NCBI GenBank assembly: GCA_041737385.1 | Contig: JBGSRU010000002.1 | Span: 333,437 to 397,436 of the forward strand | Direction: 5' to 3' | DNA from: Candidatus Saccharimonadales bacterium | GTDB taxonomy: Bacteria > Patescibacteriota > Saccharimonadia > Saccharimonadales > SZUA-47 | Length of the DNA stretch: 64,000 nt | Shown: in pieces, positions 8,920 to 18,658 of the stretch | Layout of the letters: each line of letters starts with the position of its first letter | How positions within the stretch are numbered: the first letter of the stretch is position 1 | Position numbers and translations under genes: made by a program | The notes under the pieces: generated by a model | Seen by the model: only the letters and a program-made list of their open reading frames with translations | Databases searched by the model: none | Told to the model about the DNA's origin: nothing

Positions 8920-10341
8920 ATGAAGAGTATTAAGTCTGGTGCAGCATTGCGTGCAAAGTTATCAAAATATCTAAGCATATCGCGCGGTAAAAAAGCATTT
9001 AAGAATTTGCCAAAAAACACTAAGCTGTCTATGGCCCTTATATTGCTCCTCGTGCTTGTTGGATTTTGGGCAGTTTTATTTAACGAAAACACGACTCAAG
9101 AGATGGCTCAGAATGATGAAGAAACCGTCACAGAGCTAGAGACCGCGCCGGCAATGAAAGCGGTGCTTTCATTAACAGAAGGCGTCGTTGAAATCCGCTA
9201 TGATCAGAATGCTGATTGGCAAGATACTAAGCCTGATATGGCTGTTGATCCTGATGCAAACGTTAGAACCGTTGGAGCCAGTTCTAGAGCTATTATTAAG
9301 CTAGAAGATGGAAGCGAAATTCGTATAGACGCAAACACCGAGATCGTTTTTGAGTCTTTGACTGAGTCACGTATTGTCGTGGCGCAAAAGACTGGCTATC
9401 TGTATAACAGAATTACAGCATCAACAAAAAGAATTTATGGGGTGCATACAACTAATGCCCAATTTCAAGCTGTCGGAACAGCTTTTCGTACGATAGCTAA
9501 CGGAGACGAAGAAGCTGTAGAAGTGTATCAAAACTCTGTCAAGGAAACGAGTATTAATCTCAGTGCTTCTGAGGGTGAAAAGCTTACAATTAAAAATCCA
9601 GCGAAGCCAAGCGTAGAAAAAACGAAAGAAAAGCTATCAATTCAGCTACTTAAAGATGATGAGTTTATCGTATGGAACAGAGAGCTTGACAAGAAAAACC
9701 CTGATTTCTCGTCTAGCCTAGGGTTCCTAAGTGATTTTGATGGTCCTACTATAGATATAGCTGATCCAGCAGCCGGAAGTACTATTCAAATAGAAACAGA
9801 GGCCAGCGAAGGCACTGTAAACATTAAAGGCAAAACAGAAGCTCGGGCTTCACTTACCGTAGAATCAAAATCACAGAACGGTAGTAGTCCTGTGGCGGTT
9901 AGTGTTAACCCTGACGGCAGCTTTGAGACAGGCAGCATTACAGCGCCGGTAGGGAACTCGGTATTTGAGTTTGTCGCTAAAGACCGAGTAGGGAACGAAT
10001 CAAAACTAAATATCACCTACACTTTTGCACGAAAAGCGACCGTACAAGAACAGGCGTTATTATTTAGCGTCACTAGCTCAGATAAAAAACTTAACTTTGA
10101 GTGGCAACTTGTTGGGCTGACTGCTCCAGAAGGACTTAAAATTATTGGATCACAAACTAATAATCCTAAACTTGGTAGCGATAAAACCTATGCTACAGTC
10201 ACTTCAGGGACTGCTATTTCAGTCGATATCGATAAAGATTTTAAGAGTGGTAAAACCTATTATTTCAGACTTTGTCGATATATAAGTAGTACTGATACAT
10301 GCGACGAATACAGCAACGAAGTTTCGATAAAAATCCCATAG
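8920..10341 (+). CDS. membrane-anchored FecR-domain / Ig-like repeat surface protein
   Basis: SD GGAGGG and an N-terminal TM. FecR-like segment (RTVGASSRAIIKLEDGSEIRIDANTEIVFESL) and beta-rich C-terminal domains. Confidence 0.5.
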   Translation: MKSIKSGAALRAKLSKYLSISRGKKAFKNLPKNTKLSMALILLLVLVGFWAVLFNENTTQEMAQNDEETVTELETAPAMKAVLSLTEGVVEIRYDQNADWQDTKPDMAVDPDANVRTVGASSRAIIKLEDGSEIRIDANTEIVFESLTESRIVVAQKTGYLYNRITASTKRIYGVHTTNAQFQAVGTAFRTIANGDEEAVEVYQNSVKETSINLSASEGEKLTIKNPAKPSVEKTKEKLSIQLLKDDEFIVWNRELDKKNPDFSSSLGFLSDFDGPTIDIADPAAGSTIQIETEASEGTVNIKGKTEARASLTVESKSQNGSSPVAVSVNPDGSFETGSITAPVGNSVFEFVAKDRVGNESKLNITYTFARKATVQEQALLFSVTSSDKKLNFEWQLVGLTAPEGLKIIGSQTNNPKLGSDKTYATVTSGTAISVDIDKDFKSGKTYYFRLCRYISSTDTCDEYSNEVSIKIP

Positions 10342-10400
10342 CGATAGCCCTTGTTAATAATTTCTACTCATAATAAATGTGGTGTCACGCGAAAAGCCAC

Positions 10401-10430
10401 AAAAAAGAGGCTGATTCTCCAGCCTCTTCA
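10401..10430. terminator. bidirectional rho-independent terminator
   Basis: An A-run, then GAGGCTG (10407-13), loop ATTCTC, CAGCCTC (10420-26), then TT. It lies between convergent genes. Confidence 0.7.
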
Positions 10431-10474
10431 CTCATTCGTCCCACGTACCACTTACTGCGTACCCAACACCTGTA

Positions 10475-11116
10475 CTATTTCTTTTTCTTAATAACCGGTG
10501 CAAAGAAGAACATATAGGCGTTCATACCGACTACCATGCCAGCTATTGGTGCCAATACTAGAGTTGTGCTCAAAGCATTATTTCCAATCGCCACAGCAGG
10601 GTTCAAAAAGCCAGCTGAAGCGAGTGAAGCCAGTAGTGCTCCTGCGCTCAAGGATGCGCCAATGGTAATAGCCGCATAAGCACCTTCTAATTTCTGAGAG
10701 ATTGCAGCAGCAATTCCGGATCCGAACACTGCAGCACCTGCAGCCTCTACCCAAAATACACGCCACTCGAAGCTAGCTACGCCGGCAGAAGCAAGAGTAT
10801 CATTAGTCGCATAGTTAAAGAATAATAGCGCTACAGCGCCTCCAAGTAGCTGACAAGCAATATAAATAACCGCATCTATAGTTGTAATCTTCTTAATAGT
10901 CCATAAACTTACTGTTACTGCAGGATTTACGTGCGCTCCAGAAACGTGTCCAATCTTTGTCACTATCAATGCAAGTGCAGCACCAGCTGACAAAGCGATA
11001 TACCAAGCTGACGTTCCGGCTCCAAACATATTGCTCACGACGAGTACTGCCGATGCGAGCATAAACGTGCCAATAAACTCTGCCATTGGCGCTCTTAATT
11101 TTTGTTTCGTTAGCAT
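10475..11116 (-). CDS. MIP-family channel (aquaporin/glycerol facilitator)
   Basis: Two NPA boxes (HVNPAVT and FLNPAVAIG) and six hydrophobic helices. The start is set to the Met preceded by SD GGAGGG. Confidence 0.85.
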   Translation of the reverse strand: MLTKQKLRAPMAEFIGTFMLASAVLVVSNMFGAGTSAWYIALSAGAALALIVTKIGHVSGAHVNPAVTVSLWTIKKITTIDAVIYIACQLLGGAVALLFFNYATNDTLASAGVASFEWRVFWVEAAGAAVFGSGIAAAISQKLEGAYAAITIGASLSAGALLASLASAGFLNPAVAIGNNALSTTLVLAPIAGMVVGMNAYMFFFAPVIKKKK

Positions 11117-11185
11117 AGAACCCTCCATAACCTTAAATAAGTTTACTTTTACAGGTTCAGTATACTACCGAATGTCAAGATTAGA

Positions 11186-12784
11186 TTATTTCTTCTTAAC
11201 AGATGGCTTCTTGGCAGATTTTTTAACAGTTTTTTTCGTGACTTTATTTTTAACTGGTTCGCGGACTCGAGCAGGTGATGTTACGAGTTTTTCCTCTTCT
11301 TTGAGTTGGTTGCCAAATTTTTTAATGAGGGCAGGTGCGATGAAGGTAGTGATGATGACAACAAGCACAATTGTGCTGAACAGCTCACTAGACAGTACGC
11401 CGAGAGCGCTACCTGTAGCTGCGAATATTAATCCTACTTCACCACGAGGGACCATTGAGACACCAACAAACATCTTTTCGGTTCTTGTACCTTGGGCTGC
11501 AAAACCAGCAACAAACTTAGAGGCTATAGCTATTACAGAAATAATACCTGCTGTTAGATACAGACCTGGATCTAGTAAAGAGCCGAAATCGATCTGTAAA
11601 CCGGTGAATACGAAGAACACAGGAATGAATATGAGGCCTATGCTGTTAATCAGATCTTCGATGTGTGAGTGACGGTGCTTCTTGATGATTGAAGCAACTG
11701 TTTCATCACCCTCAAGGTATTTGATGTCTTCAATAATTTCTGGATCTGAGAATGATTCAAAGTGAACCGCGTCTAACAAGAGTCCAGCAGCAAATGCACC
11801 AATGATTGGTTCAAGGCCAAACAGTTCAGCAAGGTAACCAAATACGAGTGCGAAACCAACAGCAAGTGTGAGTTTCATACCTATCCCAGTATGAATAGCA
11901 CTGAACAACTTTGAAATAGGTTTCGCAAGTAATCCACCCAAAACGATTGCTCCACCAAGGAAACCAAATGATTTAGCTGCTAGTTCTATGATGAGCGCTG
12001 GAGTTAGTTCGCCGCCAGCTGCAAGTGAAGATACGATTGCAAGCACGATAAGTCCGAGTACGTCATCGATTACGGCTGCGCCAAGTACTGTTTGAGCAGC
12101 ACGAGTCTTCGTAAGCTTTAGTGAACGGAAGACAGACGCAGTGATTCCAACACTGGTTGCAACAAGCGATGCACCCAAGAATAGTTGTGCATTAGAAGAA
12201 GCGTCACCGAAGAAAATAGGCGCGAGAACAAAAGATCCAAGTGAGAAGGGTATAACAACGCCAATCAAAGCAACCATAAGTGCTCGAACACCAACTTTTT
12301 GCATCTCTTTAGTATTTGATTCTAGTCCAATTGAAAACAGTAAGAGCAGTGCACCAAACTGTGCAAGGAAACTTATTATTTCATTTGCAGCAATCTCTCC
12401 GATAAAACCCCAGCCGAAATATCCAACAGCAGACAATGCAACACCAGCGAGTAGCTCACCAATGACGGCAGGCTGACCGTATTTTTCGACAAAGTTACCT
12501 AGCTTACCTGCAATCAAAACAAGCGCAAACATAGCGAATATGATGCCAAAATGATGCGCTCCGCCTTCAGAGTGCTCTTCGTCTTCAGTAGCAACTTCAT
12601 TATCAGTATAGTTTGCTTTTACTTCGTTTTCGCCAACATGCGAATCACCTTCATAAGAGCTGGATTCTTCAGCGACTGCGACTAACGAATAATCGTTAGC
12701 AGCGTTGACTGAATTAGTTTGTAAAACTACAAGAGGTACAGCCGCAAAGAGCAGTACTGCCAAACTGGCAATAAATCGTTTCAT
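11186..12784 (-). CDS. cation:proton antiporter (Na+/H+ exchanger family) with signal peptide, acidic/His N-terminal region and Lys-rich tail
   Basis: At least 10 TM helices with Na_H_exchanger-like blocks (IGELLAGVALS, GLESN, PRGEVGLI). The C-terminus reads KKTVKKSAKKPSVKKK. Confidence 0.8.
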   Translation of the reverse strand: MKRFIASLAVLLFAAVPLVVLQTNSVNAANDYSLVAVAEESSSYEGDSHVGENEVKANYTDNEVATEDEEHSEGGAHHFGIIFAMFALVLIAGKLGNFVEKYGQPAVIGELLAGVALSAVGYFGWGFIGEIAANEIISFLAQFGALLLLFSIGLESNTKEMQKVGVRALMVALIGVVIPFSLGSFVLAPIFFGDASSNAQLFLGASLVATSVGITASVFRSLKLTKTRAAQTVLGAAVIDDVLGLIVLAIVSSLAAGGELTPALIIELAAKSFGFLGGAIVLGGLLAKPISKLFSAIHTGIGMKLTLAVGFALVFGYLAELFGLEPIIGAFAAGLLLDAVHFESFSDPEIIEDIKYLEGDETVASIIKKHRHSHIEDLINSIGLIFIPVFFVFTGLQIDFGSLLDPGLYLTAGIISVIAIASKFVAGFAAQGTRTEKMFVGVSMVPRGEVGLIFAATGSALGVLSSELFSTIVLVVIITTFIAPALIKKFGNQLKEEEKLVTSPARVREPVKNKVTKKTVKKSAKKPSVKKK

Positions 12785-12821
12785 TGTTTTATTAGTCCTT
12801 ATAAGATTATTATATTGTTCA

Positions 12822-12840
12822 AAATGTATTATATATCACA
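12822..12840 (-). promoter_or_regulatory. shared 19-nt upstream motif (minus-strand reading TGTGATATATAATACATTT, contains TATAAT)
   Basis: Identical 19-mer also at 15150-15168. It lies upstream of the antiporter gene. Confidence 0.55.
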
Positions 12841-12889
12841 TAAATAGCGTGTCAATAGAAAATGAGGCGCTATTTTATAACGATTTGTT

Positions 12890-15082
12890 TTATCCAAAAA
12901 GTGAAGTCAACAAGCTTCGTCTAGAATAACTTTGTGTGCTACCTACCTCAGCACCAAAAGCTTCCTCTTCGCCGTGTGCAGGCTGGTCAGTCGCATTGAT
13001 TGGCTTGGGGAATTTTAAGAATTTTGGACCGAGCTTATCTGCTACGCCAAGTATTTGAGCCCACACAAAACCTTCTGCGAGTGGGCGTGCATGAATTGGT
13101 AAAATCTGTTTTTTAGCTTCCTCAATACCATACTCATCAAGCGGGAAAGACACTACGTTCGCCATGTTACCAGGAGGTAGTAGCATGCCACCCTGAATAC
13201 CTGCTATTAAGGCAATCGATGGGTTATTCTCAGTAAACTTGAATCCTTCACGAACACCAACGAGGTTGTCGGCAACACTGCTAAATCCTGCGATCCCTAC
13301 ATATTTACCAAAGTCGTTAATGAGGTCTTTAACTATTTTGTTTGGTATTTTATCTGTTAATTCGTCAAACTTTCCGACAAGTTCTTTGAACACAGGGCTT
13401 ACAAATATCATACTCATACTCTGGAAAGGGAAGACATCTAAAACATCAGTAAAGCTATGACCAAGTGCTCGTTGCATTCTAGTCACATCTGTAACACGCC
13501 TATAAACCGCTACCGGGTTCCATTTACTCGTTACATCTCCGCCGAATCCAAGCTCTGCTTCAATCTCATCACTCACTTCTTTAGCGCTTACAGCAAAAAT
13601 CCTTGCAGTCGTAGCATCTAAGTTGTGCGACTCCATCCAATTAGTCAATCCTTCAAAGTCATCTGCAGCAACAAAATTCTTTATTTCTCTTTGCATCTCT
13701 ATTCTGTCATAACTATGTTGATCTGAGCGATCGGGTAAATTAGCAAGAACACCTGATATAAACTGGTCATAACGATGAAAATCTTCAATTCTTGATCCTT
13801 CTTCTTCATGACCGTGTGATTCAATGTGATCCTTCAAAAGCAAGTCTTTAAAACCGTCCACTTTATCAGAAAAAGCACCCAAAACATCATGTCGCATACC
13901 ATTTTTATCTTGCTCTTTTCCAAGAATAGGAAGTACAAGATTTTTTACTGACCTTCCCATTACACCTTTAACAAATCCTAGGTTACGACCTAGTGCTTCA
14001 CGGGATAGTTTACCTGCATCTTTTTCTTCGCCCTCGATAGCACCTATTTTTATCAACTCTTTAGTAATCATTTTGTTTGTGTACTCTAAAGAACGTAGCG
14101 CAGGAACCATACCTACTGACAAAGACTGCCATAATAATCCTATGCCACCAAAACGTTCTAGGGTCGCAATAAACGGTGGATCACCAAAGAAAGGGAAGCC
14201 TGCTTTATCTGAAATATGGCTTTGTAGAAGTGCTTTGATGTGACCAATTGATTCTTGTGTTGCAGGATCTTCAGAGGCAGTACTCTCTCCAGCTATAGAA
14301 GATAACGTATCTTCAACCATTTGGTCCGCAAATGATTGTGCTTGTTTGACAATTGTTGAGGCTTCTTTTGTGGTCATTCCTGAAGCTCCTACAGTAGTCA
14401 CCATAGGGGCTAAGACTGATGCAAGCTCTGTCACAATTGCAACTCGGTCTTGAAGTACTAAGTCTTTTCGTGCTGTTATCTCTTTATATATTGTTTCAAC
14501 ATCCAACATCATTCCTTCAGCGACCACAACCGTTCCTTCGATAATTGCAGTAAATTTAAGTGTTGCAGCTAGTTCCTCATCAATATGATGCAAGGTCTCT
14601 TCATCACCTTCTTTTCTGGCATTATGACGTTTTAACCCAATTAAAACAGCCTGCGAATAATAGTGTCCCTGAGTAATTGTTCTTCCAGAAGATAATTCTT
14701 TAATACCGTGAGCGAACACGCCTGTTCCTATATAGTCTAATTTATCCGGACCGTGCTCTAGATGTTCGCCCTCTTCTTCATTTTCTAGACCTTCTAACAT
14801 CTCGTCTAGAAAATCGCTCATTTCTGAATCAAGGCTTTCAATTTCTCGAATTGCTTCTAACTCTTCAGGGGTCAATTGTACTTCATCGCGGCTTTGCCCA
14901 AGCGGGTCTTCAAGGAAGAAGTCTGCTACTACGTCAAGACCTCTACCGGCCTGATGTCCAGCGTCACCTGAATATACGATTGCAGCTCCTAGGCCAGCCG
15001 CAGCGATTCCACCTTTAATTATTGCATCTCTTCTTGACATTTCTGGATTCAAATGAGGATCCGTTTCTTGCGTGTGTGCCAT
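12890..15082 (-). CDS. large orphan protein with Tat-like N-terminal signal
   Basis: ORF 12890..15139. ATG 15082 is preceded by SD GGGAG. The N-terminus MAHTQETDPHLNPEMSRRDAIIKGGIAAAGLGAAIV resembles S-R-R-x-x-x-K plus an h-region. The remainder is acidic and unrecognised. Confidence 0.6.
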   Translation of the reverse strand: MAHTQETDPHLNPEMSRRDAIIKGGIAAAGLGAAIVYSGDAGHQAGRGLDVVADFFLEDPLGQSRDEVQLTPEELEAIREIESLDSEMSDFLDEMLEGLENEEEGEHLEHGPDKLDYIGTGVFAHGIKELSSGRTITQGHYYSQAVLIGLKRHNARKEGDEETLHHIDEELAATLKFTAIIEGTVVVAEGMMLDVETIYKEITARKDLVLQDRVAIVTELASVLAPMVTTVGASGMTTKEASTIVKQAQSFADQMVEDTLSSIAGESTASEDPATQESIGHIKALLQSHISDKAGFPFFGDPPFIATLERFGGIGLLWQSLSVGMVPALRSLEYTNKMITKELIKIGAIEGEEKDAGKLSREALGRNLGFVKGVMGRSVKNLVLPILGKEQDKNGMRHDVLGAFSDKVDGFKDLLLKDHIESHGHEEEGSRIEDFHRYDQFISGVLANLPDRSDQHSYDRIEMQREIKNFVAADDFEGLTNWMESHNLDATTARIFAVSAKEVSDEIEAELGFGGDVTSKWNPVAVYRRVTDVTRMQRALGHSFTDVLDVFPFQSMSMIFVSPVFKELVGKFDELTDKIPNKIVKDLINDFGKYVGIAGFSSVADNLVGVREGFKFTENNPSIALIAGIQGGMLLPPGNMANVVSFPLDEYGIEEAKKQILPIHARPLAEGFVWAQILGVADKLGPKFLKFPKPINATDQPAHGEEEAFGAEVGSTQSYSRRSLLTSLFG

Positions 15083-15149
15083 TTTACTCCCACGAAAAGC
15101 TAGCGCTTTAATCGTATTTTTTTGATTATTTGTCAACAACTCTTTATCG

Positions 15150-15168
15150 AAATGTATTATATATCACA
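15150..15168 (-). promoter_or_regulatory. second copy of the 19-nt upstream motif
   Basis: AAATGTATTATATATCACA is identical to 12822-12840. It lies upstream of the 730-aa orphan. Confidence 0.55.
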
Positions 15169-15346
15169 AAAATTTGAGGTCAAGGGTGTAAGCAACTTTT
15201 CGAGATATGCCTTGATGTAAAGTATGTCGACAAAGCCATAACCGGTATTGTATCCACGCAAATTTTTTTTTGCTAACTTTATATAAAACGATTGTATATG
15301 CTTGCGAAGATAAGAACATCTAAAAATCGTCCATTATGATTAATTG

Positions 15347-15355
15347 TGATATAAT
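15347..15355 (+). promoter_or_regulatory. extended -10 promoter TGATATAAT, about 150 nt upstream of alr
   Basis: Exact TGnTATAAT on the plus strand in the 368-nt spacer. Confidence 0.45.
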
Positions 15356-15507
15356 TCACATAAATAGTTAAGAATTCAAGTCTAACCTAATACAATGTAT
15401 AGATTTTCCGTAACCCTAAAATCACGCAAAGATACTATTTTGTGTTGCCCAGGCCCAGTACAGTTGCGCAAGTCAGCTGTATGCATCCCTAATAAAATCG
15501 TAACTAT

Positions 15508-16656
15508 ATGAGTAAGAAATCTATCGGGCTAGAAGCCCAAATACACAGTTTAGTTTGGGCAGAGGTTGACCTTCAAAAGTTGCGAAATAATTTTTTGCAA
15601 TTACGTAAGTTTGTAAATGATAAAACTAAGTTTTTAGCTGTTGTTAAGGCTAATGCGTATGGTCATGGAATTCAACGTATATCCAAAGAGTTAGAGAAGC
15701 TAGGCGTTGATTACCTTGGTGTTTCGAATCTCAATGAAGCTGTGACGATAAGAAGATGTGGAGTAATGACTCCAATTCTTGTGTTTGGATATGTATGCCC
15801 AGAGGATATTGGTATTGCAGTAGATAATCACATCACACTTACGGTATGTGAAGATACCATGCTTAGTGCTGTTGCTTCTTACGCAACCAAAACCGATAAA
15901 ACTGTGCCAGTCCACATACAGATTGATACTGGCCTTCGCATGTACGGCGTTGATTATAGGGAAGTTGGATCATTTATAAATAAAGTCCTGCACCATTCTA
16001 ATATCTATGTAGAAGGGGTTTATAGCCATTTTACTAACTCAGAGGACAAAGATACTATACTTTCTTTTGAGCAGCTAGATCTTTTCAATAATGCATTGAA
16101 GGAAATCATCAGTTATGGGGTTAACCCTCCCTATATTCATATTGCAAATGGAGCTGCAGTTATAAATATTCCTGAATCGCACTATACGATGGTAAGAACA
16201 GGAACGTTTTTATATGGCAACCAGACAAAAGGACAAAATCCTAAATTTAAGCCAGAGCAGATCATGACATTAAAAACAAAAGTTGTTCATAAATCACAAT
16301 TAAGTCCCAGTGACCAAGTGGGTTATGAGAAATCATTTATAACGTCAGGAATTAAAGAAATCGCATGCTTACCAATTGGTTACGGTGATGGATTTAGGCA
16401 AAAACCTCATTGGGAATATGTTTTAATCAATGGTCAGCAAGCCCCTGTTATAAATGGTGTCAGCATGGATAAAACAGCTGTTGATATATCAAAAATTAAA
16501 AATGTGGAAATTGGAAGCGAAGTGGTTTTGCTGGGAACACAAAAAGAGACAATAACAATAAATCAAGTTGCACAGATGCTGAATGCAGCTAACTATGAAA
16601 TTCTCTCCGGATTAACTAGCAGGGTTAAGAGAATTTATTTAAACGAAACATTATGA
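15508..16656 (+). CDS. alr: alanine racemase
   Basis: PLP-Lys motif AVVKANAYGHG, central HIANGAA, and C-terminal GVSMDKTAVDI block. The length of 382 aa fits. Confidence 0.9.
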   Translation: MSKKSIGLEAQIHSLVWAEVDLQKLRNNFLQLRKFVNDKTKFLAVVKANAYGHGIQRISKELEKLGVDYLGVSNLNEAVTIRRCGVMTPILVFGYVCPEDIGIAVDNHITLTVCEDTMLSAVASYATKTDKTVPVHIQIDTGLRMYGVDYREVGSFINKVLHHSNIYVEGVYSHFTNSEDKDTILSFEQLDLFNNALKEIISYGVNPPYIHIANGAAVINIPESHYTMVRTGTFLYGNQTKGQNPKFKPEQIMTLKTKVVHKSQLSPSDQVGYEKSFITSGIKEIACLPIGYGDGFRQKPHWEYVLINGQQAPVINGVSMDKTAVDISKIKNVEIGSEVVLLGTQKETITINQVAQMLNAANYEILSGLTSRVKRIYLNETL

Positions 16657-18215
16657 AACAATTAATAAATACTAAACCACAGATACATACCCCTCAGCTA
16701 GAAATTGAGTTGCTTTCTGAGTTACGCGAAAAAGCATTTGCGCGTCGCCCCCAGCTGGAAGAGATCATCAACGCCTCACGAGATATGACACTTTTTGATT
16801 TCTCAAAAATGTATAATGTTCCATACTCACAAAATATTAATGCAACCCTGAAGCTACAATTCATTGATACATTTGCCAAAGAAGTGGAACGATTACTTGG
16901 CATTGAAGTAGCAGCCAGCTGTGCTCGTCAACTAGCAACAACCTATAGAGTTACGACGACTGACCATCATGGACCAATAAGCGAACCCGGTATGGTAAAC
17001 AGCAATATTCATGAAGCACTACCATATTTAAATGGAGACGAAACTATAAAAAACATTATTGTGCTTGGTTGTGCGAATGTCTCTTTTGACAACGAATCGT
17101 TTCCGCGAGGATTGTTATTTCACGTTCCTAGTGCTATTGATGCAGAATGTAAACAACTTGTATTTTTCTCCCGTTCAGTACGAGCTAAGCCTGTTATATA
17201 TCACCCATCATACGATCATGAAAACCTAACTAATGCAAAGAAATTACTTGCTAACTGGCAGATAGAAAAATCCATTAGTGAAAACGAGAAGAATAAAGTT
17301 GAAAAAATTCTTGATGACATATATGCCGAACCTTCTGTGATGCAGTGTACCAATTTTTCAGAACAAGTAACTAAAACGAACTACAGCCTTTGGGCTATGC
17401 TTATGAAGCATTATGAAAATGCACCAAAGCTTGTATATATCGAGCAAGAAAACATTGTTAATTTGCTTTTATTAAACTACCATCTAGACCAAGATACAAT
17501 CATCCATAGATTGTTATTTACACCCAAATACCACGAACTTATAATTAAACACTTCAACGGCATCGATAAGTGCTTTTCACTTCAAGAAAATAAGGGAACT
17601 TATCTATTCTGGGCACTGCCAAATGGACAAAAATATCGTGTACAGCTCTGGAAAAAAGGAAACTTTCTCACAACTGATGATGGTAGCTACCAGGTTCCAT
17701 TGACTCCTGAAGGCATTAGAAATGCGATCAATAATAAAGAGCTAATTCCTAGCACACTTATGTCGTTCACTCTTTTGTCTTTTTATTACGGTGTGAAACT
17801 CACAGGTGGGACTAACCAAACTACATATCTTAATCAGATGAAAGAGGCATTTATAAATATGCAAAATGAGTATGGAGATACAGAGAGTGCAAAGTTTGCT
17901 CGCAAAGTACCCACAAAAGAGCTGTCTGTGGCTCTGCACAATCTAGCATTTCTAGAAAACATATGGGGCAACCATTTACCTGCAACTTGTATAGATATTA
18001 TCCTTTATGGTGACAAAAACACGATGTCTAGCTTAAAAGAAGAAGCGCAAAAATTAACACTTAACGAAGTTTTTGAATGGGCTTTACCCGATCTTTATAG
18101 CTGGTACTATAGTGCAGCCGAGAGAAGTCCGCTATTATCAAACATTTCTAAGGCACAGATTAGAGACTATCTTGGTATAGACGAAAAAATAATTCCCATT
18201 GCCATACCTAGTTAA
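16653..18215 (+). CDS. orphan 520-aa protein translationally coupled to alr
   Basis: ATGA start/stop overlap with alr. There are no P-loop, ATP-grasp or TM features that I can see. Confidence 0.6.
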   Translation: MKQLINTKPQIHTPQLEIELLSELREKAFARRPQLEEIINASRDMTLFDFSKMYNVPYSQNINATLKLQFIDTFAKEVERLLGIEVAASCARQLATTYRVTTTDHHGPISEPGMVNSNIHEALPYLNGDETIKNIIVLGCANVSFDNESFPRGLLFHVPSAIDAECKQLVFFSRSVRAKPVIYHPSYDHENLTNAKKLLANWQIEKSISENEKNKVEKILDDIYAEPSVMQCTNFSEQVTKTNYSLWAMLMKHYENAPKLVYIEQENIVNLLLLNYHLDQDTIIHRLLFTPKYHELIIKHFNGIDKCFSLQENKGTYLFWALPNGQKYRVQLWKKGNFLTTDDGSYQVPLTPEGIRNAINNKELIPSTLMSFTLLSFYYGVKLTGGTNQTTYLNQMKEAFINMQNEYGDTESAKFARKVPTKELSVALHNLAFLENIWGNHLPATCIDIILYGDKNTMSSLKEEAQKLTLNEVFEWALPDLYSWYYSAAERSPLLSNISKAQIRDYLGIDEKIIPIAIPS

Positions 18216-18228
18216 AAAACTGAAATGG

Positions 18229-18654
18229 CTATCTTCGGTTGCGGCGTTTTAGTTCGGCTATTTTGAGTCGAGACGATTGCCTGTCGACAAGCATCTGAGC
18301 TTTGTCGAGAGATACTTGGTCTCTTGCTTCAGATCGTAGTTGCTTTGCGCGTTCTAGTGCAGCTTCCGCTTCTTTGGCGCTGACTTCTGAATCTTTGTCG
18401 GCAATATCAACCAATACCCGTACAGTGTTGTCAGTTATTTCAATTACTCCGCTATCAATCGCATAATACTCTTGTAGATCATCCGGTGTGTTGTTGTTCT
18501 TTCGAACCGTGATAATACCCGTCACAGCAGTCGAAACGAGCGGAGCGTGTCCTGCAAACACCGCAATAATTCCTTGTGGGGTAGGGAGCTTGACTTCGTA
18601 GATAGATTCTCGAAGCTTTACGCCGGTTAGGGTAACAAGTTCAAAATGGATCAT
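18229..18654 (-). CDS. atpC: F1 ATP synthase epsilon subunit
   Basis: MIHFELVTLTGVK…AGHAPLVS beta-sandwich pattern plus a C-terminal helical hairpin. It is the last gene of the atp cluster. Confidence 0.85.
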   Translation of the reverse strand: MIHFELVTLTGVKLRESIYEVKLPTPQGIIAVFAGHAPLVSTAVTGIITVRKNNNTPDDLQEYYAIDSGVIEITDNTVRVLVDIADKDSEVSAKEAEAALERAKQLRSEARDQVSLDKAQMLVDRQSSRLKIAELKRRNRR

Positions 18655-18658
18655 AGTA

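Noticed and set aside
11031-12476. Plus-strand ORFs 11031..11672 and 12141..12476
   Set aside because: They are antisense to the well-supported antiporter and aquaporin genes. The translations are low-complexity with no start signals.
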